Assembly: GCA_963771175.1 (NCBI GenBank)
Contig: CAVYSY010000046.1
Location: 192,001 to 256,000, forward strand
Source: an uncultured delta proteobacterium
GTDB lineage: Bacteria; Myxococcota; Myxococcia; Myxococcales; Myxococcaceae
Reading direction: 5' to 3'
DNA: 64,000 nt
Below, in pieces: positions 21,420 to 33,618 of the stretch. Both the position numbers and the translations under genes were made by a program. Within the stretch, counting starts at the first letter, position 1. Every line of letters begins with the position of its first letter. The notes below the pieces were generated by a model. That model was not told the origin of the DNA. It worked only from the letters and a program-made list of their open reading frames with translations, and did no database searches.

Positions 21420-22046
21420 TCAGCCCCCGTGCCGGTGAGAGCCGCCGTGCTCCGCCGGGCGCAGGCCCGCAAGCAGCCGCCGCACCGAGCGGAGGTACAG
21501 CTCCACGAACTGGGCTTCCTCCAGCCGACCCAGGTGCCCCATCAACCGCAGCGAGACCAGTCCGTGTACGTGGGCCCAGATGGTGACGGCCACCTCCACG
21601 GGATCGCCCTCGGCCACCGCGCCCGCCACCATGCACTCCTTCACCCTGTCCACCAGGAACTGGAAGGTGGAGCCCAGCCGGTCGCAGTTGTGCTGGGACA
21701 TTCGCTCCAGGCCCAGCTCGTCCGCGTGCGAGATGAAGATGACCTGGTAGTACCGCGACTGCTCGAGCGCGAAGCGCAGGTAGCGCTCGCAGGTGCGCTG
21801 CAGCCGGGCCTCGGGGGTGGACTCGCCCAGCGCCTCCCACAGATAGGCGCCGAAGAGCCGGAAGCCCTCCTCGGCCAGCGCCTGGAGCAGCGCCTCCTTG
21901 TCCTCGAAATGCCGGTAGATGGCCGCCGCCGTCAGCCCCACCTTCTCCGCCACCCGCCGCATCGACAACCCCACCAACCCCTCGCGCGCGTACACCTCGC
22001 TCGCGGCGGACAGGATTCGGCTCCGGGTGTCACTCGGCTCGACCAT
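21420..22046 (-). CDS. TetR/AcrR family regulator
   Basis: TRSRILSAA..GLSMRRVAEKVGLTAAAIYRHFEDKEALL HTH; C-terminal WAHVHG (WHG-like). Confidence 0.9.
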   Translation of the reverse strand: MVEPSDTRSRILSAASEVYAREGLVGLSMRRVAEKVGLTAAAIYRHFEDKEALLQALAEEGFRLFGAYLWEALGESTPEARLQRTCERYLRFALEQSRYYQVIFISHADELGLERMSQHNCDRLGSTFQFLVDRVKECMVAGAVAEGDPVEVAVTIWAHVHGLVSLRLMGHLGRLEEAQFVELYLRSVRRLLAGLRPAEHGGSHRHGG

Positions 22047-22049
22047 GAT

Positions 22050-22064
22050 GTGAACAGTGTTAAC
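22050..22064. promoter_or_regulatory. Putative TetR autoregulatory operator
   Basis: GTGAACAGTGTTAAC, 3 nt upstream of the tetR ATG. Confidence 0.7.
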
Positions 22065-22162
22065 GATGCCGGGGACGTAGCACAAGGTATCCGGGGCGAG
22101 GAGGCGCTCGGGGGCGCGGCGGCCAGGTTCAGCGTCCGCCACTCACAGCGTGACGTACACGC

Positions 22163-24495
22163 TCACGCCGTGTCGTTGGCGGTGGAGGCCGCGGCCTTCT
22201 CCTGGCGCTCGAGCTTGCGCAGGTGCCGCTGCTCGCGCCGGCGCTGGCGGGCGCGCTGCAGGGCGTCCATCCCTCGGATGAGCGGGTCCCTCCAGGCCCC
22301 ATGCTTCTTGCGGGGGAGCTCGCGGTCGTTGCGGCCCCACTTCTCGCGCGCCACCAGCTTCGCGTCGTAGCCGAAGAGGGCCTCGTAGAAGGACTCCCAG
22401 TGCTCGCCGCTGTACTTGCACACGAACTGCCGCAGCGCGCCCTCCTCGAGCCCGCGCAGTCGCATGGAGCGCAGCATCTGCTCGAGGTCATCGACGAAGG
22501 GCTTGCGCTCGGCGGCCACCCGGCGGTCCACCAGCACGTAGAAGGCACTGGCGACGACGAGCGAGCCCCCCAGCACGGCCAGCGCCAGATCGTGCAGCCC
22601 GAAGTGGACGAGCGCCCAGCCCGCGCCGCCCAGCAGCAGCAGCCATACCCCCCAGGTGAGCAGCGGGGCCTGGAAGACGAGCTGCCGGAAGCGCAGGAAG
22701 AGCGCCCCCTTCTGGAAGAGCCCCCGCACGAGGAAGGAAGCCATCCACGTGACCACCCCCGCCGCCCCCGACACCACCGCCGGCAGCCGGCCCACCCACC
22801 AGCCCAGCCCAGCCGTGGTCAGCACCGCCAGCAGGAAGAAACCCAGCACCAGCCAGCGCCGCCGCTTCGCCCAGCGCGCGCCGGTGTAGCCCTGCGCGCA
22901 GCCCTCGAGGAAGTTGGCGTGCTCCTCCCGCGGGGTGAAGGCCGCCGTCCCGTCGATGCCCAGGTAGCTCTGCAGCTCGTGGATGACCTCGGACATGTCC
23001 TGGTAGCGCTCCTCGGGGCGCTTCTCCATCATCCGCATCACCGACGGCCGACAGCTGGCGGGGCACGCGCTTGACGCACTCGTCCGGCGGCACCGGCCGC
23101 TGCGTCATGTGCAGGGCGAGCATCGCCACCGAGGTCTCCGCCTCGAAAGGGGGGCGTCCGGTGAGCAGGTGGTAGAAGGTGCAGCCCAGCGAGTAGAGGT
23201 CCGCGCGCGCGTCCACCTCCGAGGAGTTCTCCACCTGCTCCGGCGCCATGTAGGCCGGCGTCCCGAGGACGGCCTCCTCCGCGATGGAGGAGTCGCCGGG
23301 GCGAGCCTCGCGGCTATCGGGGGATGTCACCTGGGCGCGCAACACGCGCCGGGTGTAGCTCGCGGCGTGCTTCACCAGGCCCAGGTCCGCCACCTTCACC
23401 ACGCCGTTGCGGTTGAGCAGCAGGTTGTCCGGCTTGATGTCCCGGTGCACCATGCCCCGTGCGTGGGCGAACTTCAGCCCGCGCGCCGCCTGGAGGATGT
23501 AGCCGGCGGCCACCTCCGGATCCACGCCGGCCCTGCCGCTGCACCAGCGAGGCGAGGCTCCCGTCATCCACGTACTCCATGCTGAAGAAGTGGACCTGCC
23601 CCTCCGAGCCGCAGTCGTGGATTTGCGCGATGTTGTGGTGGATGAGCTGTGCCGCGGCGAGCGCCTCCTGGGTGAAGCGGAAGACGAACTGTGGGTCCCC
23701 CGCGAGGCTGGGCCGCAGCACCTTCACCGCCACGTTGCGGTCCAGCGACAGCTGGCGGGCCAGCCACACCGTGCCCATGGCGCCGCCTCCAATCTTCTTG
23801 ATCAGCTGGTAGCCCCCCAGCGTCGTGCCCTCGGCGAGGGACACCGCGTCCTGGCGCCAGGATTCGGCGGGGAGGTCCCAGACGGGGCGGGCCGCCTCGG
23901 CCGTGGGCTCCTTCGGCGGTTCCTCCTTGGGAGGCGGCTCCTTCTTGAGGGGCGGGGCCGCTTTGGGGCGGGGGGGACTGGGGACGGGGCTCACCTCGGG
24001 GTCCGCGGCCGCTGCGCTCACGGACGAGCGCGTGCGGGCCCGAGGGGGTTGCCCGGGACGAGCCACCACCCGGGTGGACTCGGAGGACGAGTCCGGCAGT
24101 GGCACGAGGACGGTGCGCTCCTCCTTCGGCTCCTGGGAGTTGGCCCTGGGCTGCGAGCGGGGGGTGGGGGCAAAGGGCTTCGCCAGCTCGCTGGCGGTCC
24201 GCGTCTTCGGAGTGCCGGGGCTGGCCGCGCGGGCGGGGACGCCCTCCGGGGTGGGCGTGGGGCTCGGGCGGGAGGGCGCGACGGTGGGGACCCTGTCCGT
24301 GGGGCGCTCTGGTGGGTGGGGCAGGCTGCGCGCGGTACGCCCCGGCGGAGGCTGGGGCTGCGGGGTGACGAGGGTCCGCGCCTCCTCGGCGGAGGCTGGC
24401 GCGACATCGCCAGGGGACTGCTGACACTTGGAACAGGGCTCTCCTGACGCGTCGAGCAGGTGCCCTTTCAGGCAACGGGTAGACTCCAGGGCCAT
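22163..24495 (-). CDS. Membrane Ser/Thr protein kinase with Cys-rich N-terminus, Pro-rich linker and C-terminal TM helices; frameshifts ~23535, ~23045
   Basis: IGGGAMGTVW, VAVKVL, HRDIKPDN, DLGLVK, GTPAYMAPE, DLYSLG spread over ORFs 23314-24717, 22488-23567 and 22163-23041. Confidence 0.85.
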
Positions 24496-24781
24496 CTCCA
24501 CGCCTCGGCACCACCATCCTGGCGGAGGTGGACAAAAGTTCGGGGATACTCCTTCGCGGCGCCCTGCATCTACCGTACCCGGGCCCGGTGTGAGCAACCC
24601 AGGTGTGCGATGGCCATTCTCGCCTGAAGTGGAGTGGATGTTTCGTGCCGTTGGCGCGAGTCCGAGGGCGGCCGCGGTGGGCCTGGAGAACGCGCAAGAA
24701 GTAACGCTTCGCGGCATTCACGCGCAGTCTCTGCGCGATTCTCCTGGCGTTCTGGTTTCCGTGATTGTAGAAAAATACAGA

Positions 24782-25744
24782 ATGCAGAAAGTCGTTCAAT
24801 CGGGCCCTCGCACCCCAAGGGGGTGGAGCCACTGGAGCAGGGAGGCGTTGGCGACCCAGCCCAACGGCCTGCCCACGCTGATGGTCGGGGCGTCGCCCGA
24901 GGGGCGCTCGGTGGAACGGGGCCTGTTCGCCGAACGTTACCTGCTGCACCGGATGGTGGCGCGAGGGGGCATGGGGACGGTGTACCTGGCGTGGGACCAG
25001 GTGCAGGAGAAGGACGTGGCGTTGAAGGTGCTGGAGGCGGCGGGCCCACGGAGCGCCGTGGCCCTGGAGCGCTTCCGCCGCGAGGCGACGCTGGCGCAGC
25101 GCATCACCCACCCCCATGTGGCGCGGGTGTACGAACTGGGCAGCTACCAGGGGCGCGCCTTCCTGACGATGGAGTACGTGGAGGGAGAGGATCTGCGGAT
25201 CCGCCTGGCGCGGGAGGGTGCGCTGGCGGTGAGGGAGGCGGCGCGGCTGGCGAGGGCGGTGTGCGCCGGGCTGGAGGCGGCACACGCGGCGGCGGTGGTG
25301 CACCGGGACTTGAAGCCAGCCAATGTGCTGCTGGAGCGCGGGGGCCGGGTGGTGCTGACGGACTTCGGCATCGCGCGAGCCATGGAGGATCAGTCGGAGG
25401 GAGGACTGACCCAGGTCCACGGAATGGTGGGCACGCCGCAGTACATGGCGCCAGAGCAGCTCACCGAGGGGAGGGTGGACGCGCGCACGGACGTGTACGC
25501 GGTGGGGCTGCTGCTCTACGAGATGCTGGTGGGAGAGCCGGCCTTCCGCCAGAGCACGTCCCTCAAGGCCGCATTCGAGCGGCTGCGCCAGCCCCCTCCG
25601 GAGCCGCGCGAGCGCCGGGATGTGCCCCACGCACTGGCGGAGTTGGTCCGGAGGTGTCTGGCCCTGTCCCCCGAGGAGCGGCCCGCGGGGGCGGGTGAGG
25701 TGGCCCGGGTGCTGGAACCGTGGCTGCCTGGACCGAGCGCGTAG
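24782..25744 (+). CDS. Cytoplasmic Ser/Thr protein kinase
   Basis: RGGMGTVY, VALKVL, HRDLKPAN, DFGIAR, GTPQYMAPE; start uncertain. Confidence 0.9.
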   Translation: MQKVVQSGPRTPRGWSHWSREALATQPNGLPTLMVGASPEGRSVERGLFAERYLLHRMVARGGMGTVYLAWDQVQEKDVALKVLEAAGPRSAVALERFRREATLAQRITHPHVARVYELGSYQGRAFLTMEYVEGEDLRIRLAREGALAVREAARLARAVCAGLEAAHAAAVVHRDLKPANVLLERGGRVVLTDFGIARAMEDQSEGGLTQVHGMVGTPQYMAPEQLTEGRVDARTDVYAVGLLLYEMLVGEPAFRQSTSLKAAFERLRQPPPEPRERRDVPHALAELVRRCLALSPEERPAGAGEVARVLEPWLPGPSA

Positions 25745-25877
25745 CTCCACAGGCCCGAGCTGCGGCTGCCGTGTGTCGCTCCCCCGCGTGCTCGTCCCTC
25801 GCTGTCGGGGCGTGCTGGCATACTCCCCAACAAGCCCGACTTGAGCCTGCCCCCTCGCTTGATGAAAGGACGTGACG

Positions 25878-26487
25878 ATGCGCTTGCGGACCTGGAGCGC
25901 GCTCTTGGTGCTGCTCACCGCCTGCGCGAGCGCGCCCGCCCCGGCAGATCGATGCCACGGTCCCACGCCTTCGCGTCGACTCCCACTTCGGGCCCGCGCA
26001 TCCTATTCGTTTCCGCGCCGATGGAGCCGGCGCCGGAACGGTCGTGGATTGGAAAGGCGGACCTGGACAAGGTCAGGGCACTGATGTCTCGGGCGCGCAA
26101 AGACATCGAGCCGCGTCAGTGGGAACAGTTGGACCGCAAGCTCACCGCGGCGGAACGGGCCTTCGAGAGCTTCTCCCGCGCCGCGAGGACGAGCGGGCAA
26201 GCCGCTGAGGTGGCGAGGGGAGGCGAGGGCCTCGCCCAGGCTGGACGCGCAAGCGAAACCCCTTTAGCGCTCTCCAGGGTGGGCCCGGTGCTCGTGGCCC
26301 TCGTCCTGCTCTGGCCCGCTCACAAGCGTTCTTCGCCAAAGTGAAGTTGCCGGAAATACGACGCGAAGCCAGACTCGCCAAGGAGTGTGGCTATAGCTTC
26401 GCTGTTGGCGTCAAAAGCACCGCACACAAAGAAGCTCTTGAGAAATTGGATAAAACCCTCGCCATTGTCGTGATGGAGTGGTGTTGA
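25878..26487 (+). pseudogene. Internally deleted lipoprotein toxin-like gene (DUF6310-like C-terminus)
   Basis: Lipobox MRLRTWSALLVLLTAC. After ..LVLLWP (~26317) the frame switches to an AT-richer tail FFAKVKLPEIRREARLAKECGYSFAVGVKSTAHKEALEKLDKTLAIVVMEWC*. Confidence 0.6.
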
Positions 26488-26488
26488 T

Positions 26489-27247
26489 ATGGAGTTTGCT
26501 CTAAATGACATTACCGTCAGCGTGTACGCGCCCGCGCTCGTAGGCGATGATGGGCGCCCGCTTGCTATAGTTCATGGAGTGGAGCGTGCGTTTCCTGGAT
26601 TGCGCTTGCGGTGGACAACCTCGAAGAAGGACGACCTCATCGCAGTACCCCACCGCGATGCGTGGGTCGCGTCCGACAGGACAGACGGAGGGTTTCCGTT
26701 CCTTTGCAACGATGACGACGCCCACCCTGTGACGATTTTTGGGCTCGAAAACCCGAACGGTCTTTCCGCAGAAGGCCCGCCGCATTTTGAAGTGCATGCG
26801 TCGCTGCCAGCGCATGCAGCCGGCCTTGCGGCGGCAGCGGATGTGCTGGCGGCCGTAGGGGAAGGCGCACGTGCGTACTGGGGGCACGCCACGCCCTCCA
26901 ACGCGACCGTGGAGATTTCGCGGCAGACGACCGATCCGGTGCGTAAGCCAGGAGTTCCGCCACGAGGGCTGCCAGCGCTCAGGTTCCCAGACTACATCCT
27001 CGCGCCCGAGATTCCGCATAACCTCGGCTGGCTGAACTACTGGTCGGATGCTGCCGCACGGGCCATCGGCTTTCCGGACCCCGCCCGCGACGTGGAACTG
27101 CTCGCGCGCTCACGGCGTACCGCGACGGGCGGGTGGGTTGTTCAGCTCACCGATGCGCCGCTCGACCTGGACAACCCCGCCCACCTGGACGCGCTTAAAC
27201 GGGCCTACGAGCGCTTCCCGGAGATCGGCGGGCGAGCCACCCCTTGA
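26489..27247 (+). CDS. DUF5953 family protein (putative immunity partner)
   Basis: VYAPALVGDDGRPLA, WGHATP, PEIPHNLGWLNYWS, VQLTDAPLDLDNPAHLDALKRAYERFPEIGGR. Confidence 0.75.
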   Translation: MEFALNDITVSVYAPALVGDDGRPLAIVHGVERAFPGLRLRWTTSKKDDLIAVPHRDAWVASDRTDGGFPFLCNDDDAHPVTIFGLENPNGLSAEGPPHFEVHASLPAHAAGLAAAADVLAAVGEGARAYWGHATPSNATVEISRQTTDPVRKPGVPPRGLPALRFPDYILAPEIPHNLGWLNYWSDAAARAIGFPDPARDVELLARSRRTATGGWVVQLTDAPLDLDNPAHLDALKRAYERFPEIGGRATP

Positions 27248-27353
27248 GGCTCGGCGCGGCTCGCAGTGGCCATGCTCGAGGTTCCGCCTTCGGGCTCACC
27301 GGGAAGGTGACGTTCCCGAGGGTGGCGATGGAGCGAGAAAACCAGCTCGCGGC

Positions 27354-28247
27354 TCAGTAACGCGCCGTGAGGGTGAGCGCGCTGTAGCTGCTCCAGCCGT
27401 GCAGCATCACGTACCAGGTGCCAGGAGCCGGGGAGCTGAAGGTGCACACCTCGTAATTGCCCCCCACGTAGGGCCGGCAGTTGAACGAGGAGAAGGTCGG
27501 AGAGGAGCCGGACTTGACGTAGAGGTCCACATCCCCCGTCCCGCCACTCGTCTCGAAAGTCAGGCTGCTCACCCCCGCCGGGAGGGTGAGGGAGTAGTAC
27601 TTGCGCCCGTTCATGGTGTCGGCCAGGCCGCTGACCGGGGTGTTGTTCGCGAGGGGAGTGATGGGGAGCGCGTCGCAGAAGCCATTCACGTAGAAGGTGG
27701 TGGCCTGGGTGGTCGCGTAGCGGTCCGTGTAGAGATTGCAGCCGGCCAGCGTGGGGTGCGGGTAGAGCTGCGTGCTGACGACCACGTCGTATTGATTGCC
27801 ATAGACGGGGTAGCGGGGGCGCGGCCTCTTGCGGCCAGGTGCATTGGTCCACTTCAGGTAGAGATCCGGGTCCGGCAGCTGATCGCTCACGCCACTCATG
27901 TACAGCATGGTGAGGTAGGTCTGATTGACCTGGAAGCCTTCCGCGGAGCCGACATAGGCATTCATGCCGAAGAAGTCGGAGGGCTCTGTGTAGTCATACA
28001 TGGGGTTGCCATCGATCCCCATCATGCCGGTATCGGCCGCCTGGCTGGGATTGCCCACATGCATCACCAGCGCGCACCGGCGCATCCAGTTCAGCCGCTC
28101 CTCGGCCAGGTCCGCCGGCAGGCTGTCCGAATCACAGCGCTGCGCCAGGGCCTGCAGCTGCGCTCGAGCCATCGTGGGGAGCAATACCAGCCCCCCCACC
28201 AGCGCCACCGTGACTGTCATTTGTCGTCTCATGACCGCGCTCTCCAT
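27354..28247 (-). CDS. Secreted protein with C-terminal PPC (pre-peptidase) domain
   Basis: Signal peptide; SLTFETSGGTGDVDLYVK..CRPYVGGNYEVCTF..PGTWYVMLHG. Confidence 0.8.
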   Translation of the reverse strand: MESAVMRRQMTVTVALVGGLVLLPTMARAQLQALAQRCDSDSLPADLAEERLNWMRRCALVMHVGNPSQAADTGMMGIDGNPMYDYTEPSDFFGMNAYVGSAEGFQVNQTYLTMLYMSGVSDQLPDPDLYLKWTNAPGRKRPRPRYPVYGNQYDVVVSTQLYPHPTLAGCNLYTDRYATTQATTFYVNGFCDALPITPLANNTPVSGLADTMNGRKYYSLTLPAGVSSLTFETSGGTGDVDLYVKSGSSPTFSSFNCRPYVGGNYEVCTFSSPAPGTWYVMLHGWSSYSALTLTARY

Positions 28248-28276
28248 TCCGGGTGCCGTGACAAGCGAAGCGAGGC

Positions 28277-28846
28277 TCAGGGCAGCAACGGCTCCCCCGG
28301 GTCATCCGGGACCACCTGGCCCAGATTGAGGGCCACCACGAGCCGCTTGCGGAGGGCCTCCGCCTCGGGGGTGCCCTCGATGGGAGCCAGCTCGCGCCGC
28401 AGGCGCAGGACGTCCTCCTGCGACAGCCGGCCCCGGGCCAGCACCTCCTCCAGCAGCGCCTGGGATTGCTGGAGGGCCGCCTGGTGCTCGGAGGCGAGCA
28501 TCAGGCGCGGCTTGGAGGCCGGGTCGGCCCCAGCCTCGGATTGTCGCGCCACCAGCAGGGAGGCCACCCGCGAGGACAGGGCCTCCAACTGCTGCTCGGA
28601 CGGCCGGGCGTCTCCGCCTCGTCCCGCGCCGGTGCATCCGCGCTGGCCAAGGGCGGCATCCCCTCCCGCGGTGCGCCCACGGGCGGCCGGGAAGCCCGGC
28701 AGCTCGGAGACGGCCCGCTCCAGGCCCTCGAGCCGCGCTTCCTGCGCAAGCAGCCGGCTGCGTTGCGCCCCCAGCAGCCCCGTGCCCACCACGGCCCAGG
28801 CGGCCGCGGCCCCCCATCCCATGCGTGACAGAGTGAGCCAGCGCAT
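28277..28846 (-). CDS. Hypothetical membrane-anchored helical protein
   Basis: ATG overlaps the upstream TGA; N-terminal hydrophobic stretch; helical C-terminus (EHQAALQQSQALLEEVL..LRKRLVVALN). Confidence 0.6.
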   Translation of the reverse strand: MRWLTLSRMGWGAAAAWAVVGTGLLGAQRSRLLAQEARLEGLERAVSELPGFPAARGRTAGGDAALGQRGCTGAGRGGDARPSEQQLEALSSRVASLLVARQSEAGADPASKPRLMLASEHQAALQQSQALLEEVLARGRLSQEDVLRLRRELAPIEGTPEAEALRKRLVVALNLGQVVPDDPGEPLLP

Positions 28847-29229
28847 CAGAAGGACGAGTGCTGGGAGCCGTTGTTGAGGATGAGCGTGGTACAGGTCCCG
28901 GTGGTGTCCCACGTGAGGTAGAAGTAGCCCTCGTGAAGCATGACGCGGGGCCACACGTTGGCCACCGTGGCACTGGGCACACGAGACGACCCCGGTCGTC
29001 GGCCACCAAGCCTGGAAATATCTCGACCCGGACGCGTACTCGATGAAGCTCACGTACGTGGCGGCATCCGAGTGGTTCCGGAAGGACTGGAAGTTGCCAA
29101 AGCACGAGCCCGAACCATCGGCCGCCTTGTTACAGCCGGCCGACGTCAAGCCTGCCCGGCCTCCGCGTTCATCGAAACCAGCAGGCCCACCACGGCCAGC
29201 GCTCCTCCGCACTTCAGCACGCGCGACAT
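28846..29229 (-). CDS. Small secreted Cys-containing hypothetical protein; frameshifts ~29148, ~28978
   Basis: Signal MSRVLKCGGALAVVGLLVSMNAEA, then GCNKAADGSGSCFGNFQSFRN..., then WPRVMLHEGYFYLTWDTTGTCTTLILNNGSQHSSF*; GAGGAG RBS. Confidence 0.6.
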
Positions 29230-29409
29230 CTCGCTCCTCCTCACCGTGGGCCCCTCATCCCGCACCTCACGCCGGACGCGTGGCTCCATCAATTCCGAGG
29301 AATATACCATAAGTGATGAATATTCTACTAGCAGTAAAAACGGGAAATTCGCTCCCCCAAGTGGGAGCGGAGCCGTCACGTACTCCCACCAGCTGCGCAG
29401 GCCGCGGGA

Positions 29410-30496
29410 TTAGGGACAGAGCCGCTCGACCGACTTGATCCGCACCGCTCCGTCGACGTTCGCGTCGTTCGTCTGGTCGCCGATGGCGATGGTGCCGTTC
29501 GTCGTGAAGTTGTTCCGCGTGAGCTTCGCGACGCCGTCGACGCTCACCGTCGCCACCTTCGCTGCATCCACCGCGAGCTCGTAGACATGATACGCGCCGT
29601 CGGTCACCGAGAACGCCGCGGACTGCGTGTCGTCCGCCCAGCCGATCGCCGCGCTGTCGAGGTAGATCATCTGCGAACGATCCGTGCTGTTGCCGAACGA
29701 CGGCGTGAAGCTCCCCAGGATGGCCGCGCCGCTGTCGAGCGAGTTGTGGGTGTTCACCGACTCGACCTGCATCGTCACGTCGGAGCTTGAACGGCTTCGT
29801 TCCGTCGAACGCGTTCGCCCGCGTGATGAGCAACTGCCCGCTCGTCGACGCGCCGCCGTTCGTCGACGTCGCGAGGCGAACGTAGTCCGCGCCGTACGTG
29901 AGCGTGTTCGGCGTCTGCGCGACCGTCGTCCAGCCTTGCGCCGTGATGTCGTCGCCGCCGACCAGCAGCGGAACGCTCGCGCGCGCCGTCCACTTCGTCG
30001 TCGACGTCGCCGGCACGCACGTCTCGCAGGCGTTCGCCGGGTTCGGCGCACCCGCGGCGTAGACCACGCCGTCGATGAAGCACTTCGGGCTGCACACGCC
30101 GGCCGAGCAGACCTGTCCCGGGTTGCACGACGTCCCGTCAGCGCGTTGCGTCCACGTGGTCGCGGACGTCGTCGGCGTGCACTGTTCGCACGAATTCGCC
30201 GCGTTCACCGCCCCGGCGGCGACCTGCTTGCCGTCGATCTGACAGAGCGCGACGCAGACGCCGCCCTCACAGGCCTCGCCGGTCGCGCAGGCCTTGTCGC
30301 AACCACCGCAGTGCGCCGGGTCGCTCTCGGTGCTCACGCAGGAGCCGCCGCACAGCGCGACGCCGACGCTGTTGCACGTCACCGGCACAGACGCGTCGGG
30401 TGTGTCGACGGGGCAGGAGGTGGAATCTTCGCCGCAAGCAGCTACGAAGCCGAGCACGACGATGCAGGAGAGAGCGGTAGAGCGAATGGAGACCAT
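29410..30496 (-). CDS. Cys-rich lipoprotein with C-terminal beta-rich domain; frameshift ~29780
   Basis: Lipobox FVAAC; DPAHCGGC; two CxIDG..NxANxCExC repeats. Confidence 0.65.
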
Positions 30497-30557
30497 AGAG
30501 CCTGCCACCTTACGCGACCACACGCCCGCGCGACGTGTGATCATGAAGACGTGAAAC

Positions 30558-32751
<2,194 letters not shown>

Positions 32752-32820
32752 CACACCCTCCAGGGCAGGGCGTACCCTATCGTTTGGAATCCACGCCGGG
32801 GGCCGCGTATTTTGCCCCAC

Positions 32821-33618
32821 ATGACCACCGCGCTGCCCGAGTCCCGACTGACGACGCCCGTGCTGGAGGTGGAGGGGCTGGAGAAGGCCTACGGCGAGGT
32901 GCGGGCTGTTCAGGGGCTGACGTTCCAGGTGGCCCCGGGCGAGGTGCTCGGGCTGGTCGGGCCCAACGGGGCGGGGAAGACGTCCACGCTGCGCTGCCTG
33001 GCGGGCATCCTGCCGCCCTCGACCGGGCGCGTGGTGGTGGCCGGGAATGACTTGTCGCTCGCTCCGGTGGAGGCCAAGCGGGCCCTCGCGTTCCTGCCCG
33101 ATGAGCCGCGCCTCTTCGAGTACCTCACCGTCTGGGAGCACCTGAACTTCGTGGCGCGGCTGTACGGGGTGGCGGACTGGGAGGAGCGGGGGAGGGCGCT
33201 GCTGGACGAGATGGAGCTCTCCGGCAAGCAGAAGGCCCTGCCCGGGGAGCTGTCGCGCGGGATGAAGCAGAAGCTGTCCATCGCGTGCGGCTTCCTGCAC
33301 TCCCCGAGGCTCATCCTCCTGGACGAGCCGCTCACCGGGTTGGACCCCCTCGGCATCCGGAGGATGAAGGCCTCGCTGCGCCAGCGCGCGGAAGCGGGGA
33401 CGGCGCTGGTGCTCTCCTCGCACCTGCTGCCGCTGGTGGAGGAGCTGTGCCACCGCATCCTCGTCATCGCCGGGGGGCGGGTGGTGGCACTGGGGACGCT
33501 CGCGGACATTCGCGCGCAGCTCAGTGGACCCGAGGGCGCGGCCGCGTCCCTGGAGGAGCTCTTCATCCGCATCACCAGCGCGGCGCCCGAGGCCGCACCC
33601 GAGCGGGTGGCCCCGTGA
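32821..33618 (+). CDS. ABC transporter ATP-binding protein
   Basis: GPNGAGKT, LSRGMKQK, LDEPLTGLD, SSH. Confidence 0.92.
   Translation: MTTALPESRLTTPVLEVEGLEKAYGEVRAVQGLTFQVAPGEVLGLVGPNGAGKTSTLRCLAGILPPSTGRVVVAGNDLSLAPVEAKRALAFLPDEPRLFEYLTVWEHLNFVARLYGVADWEERGRALLDEMELSGKQKALPGELSRGMKQKLSIACGFLHSPRLILLDEPLTGLDPLGIRRMKASLRQRAEAGTALVLSSHLLPLVEELCHRILVIAGGRVVALGTLADIRAQLSGPEGAAASLEELFIRITSAAPEAAPERVAP

Noticed and set aside
23825..24424. Low-complexity G-rich stretch as a repeat array
   Set aside because: It encodes the Pro-rich linker of the minus-strand kinase and has no regular period.
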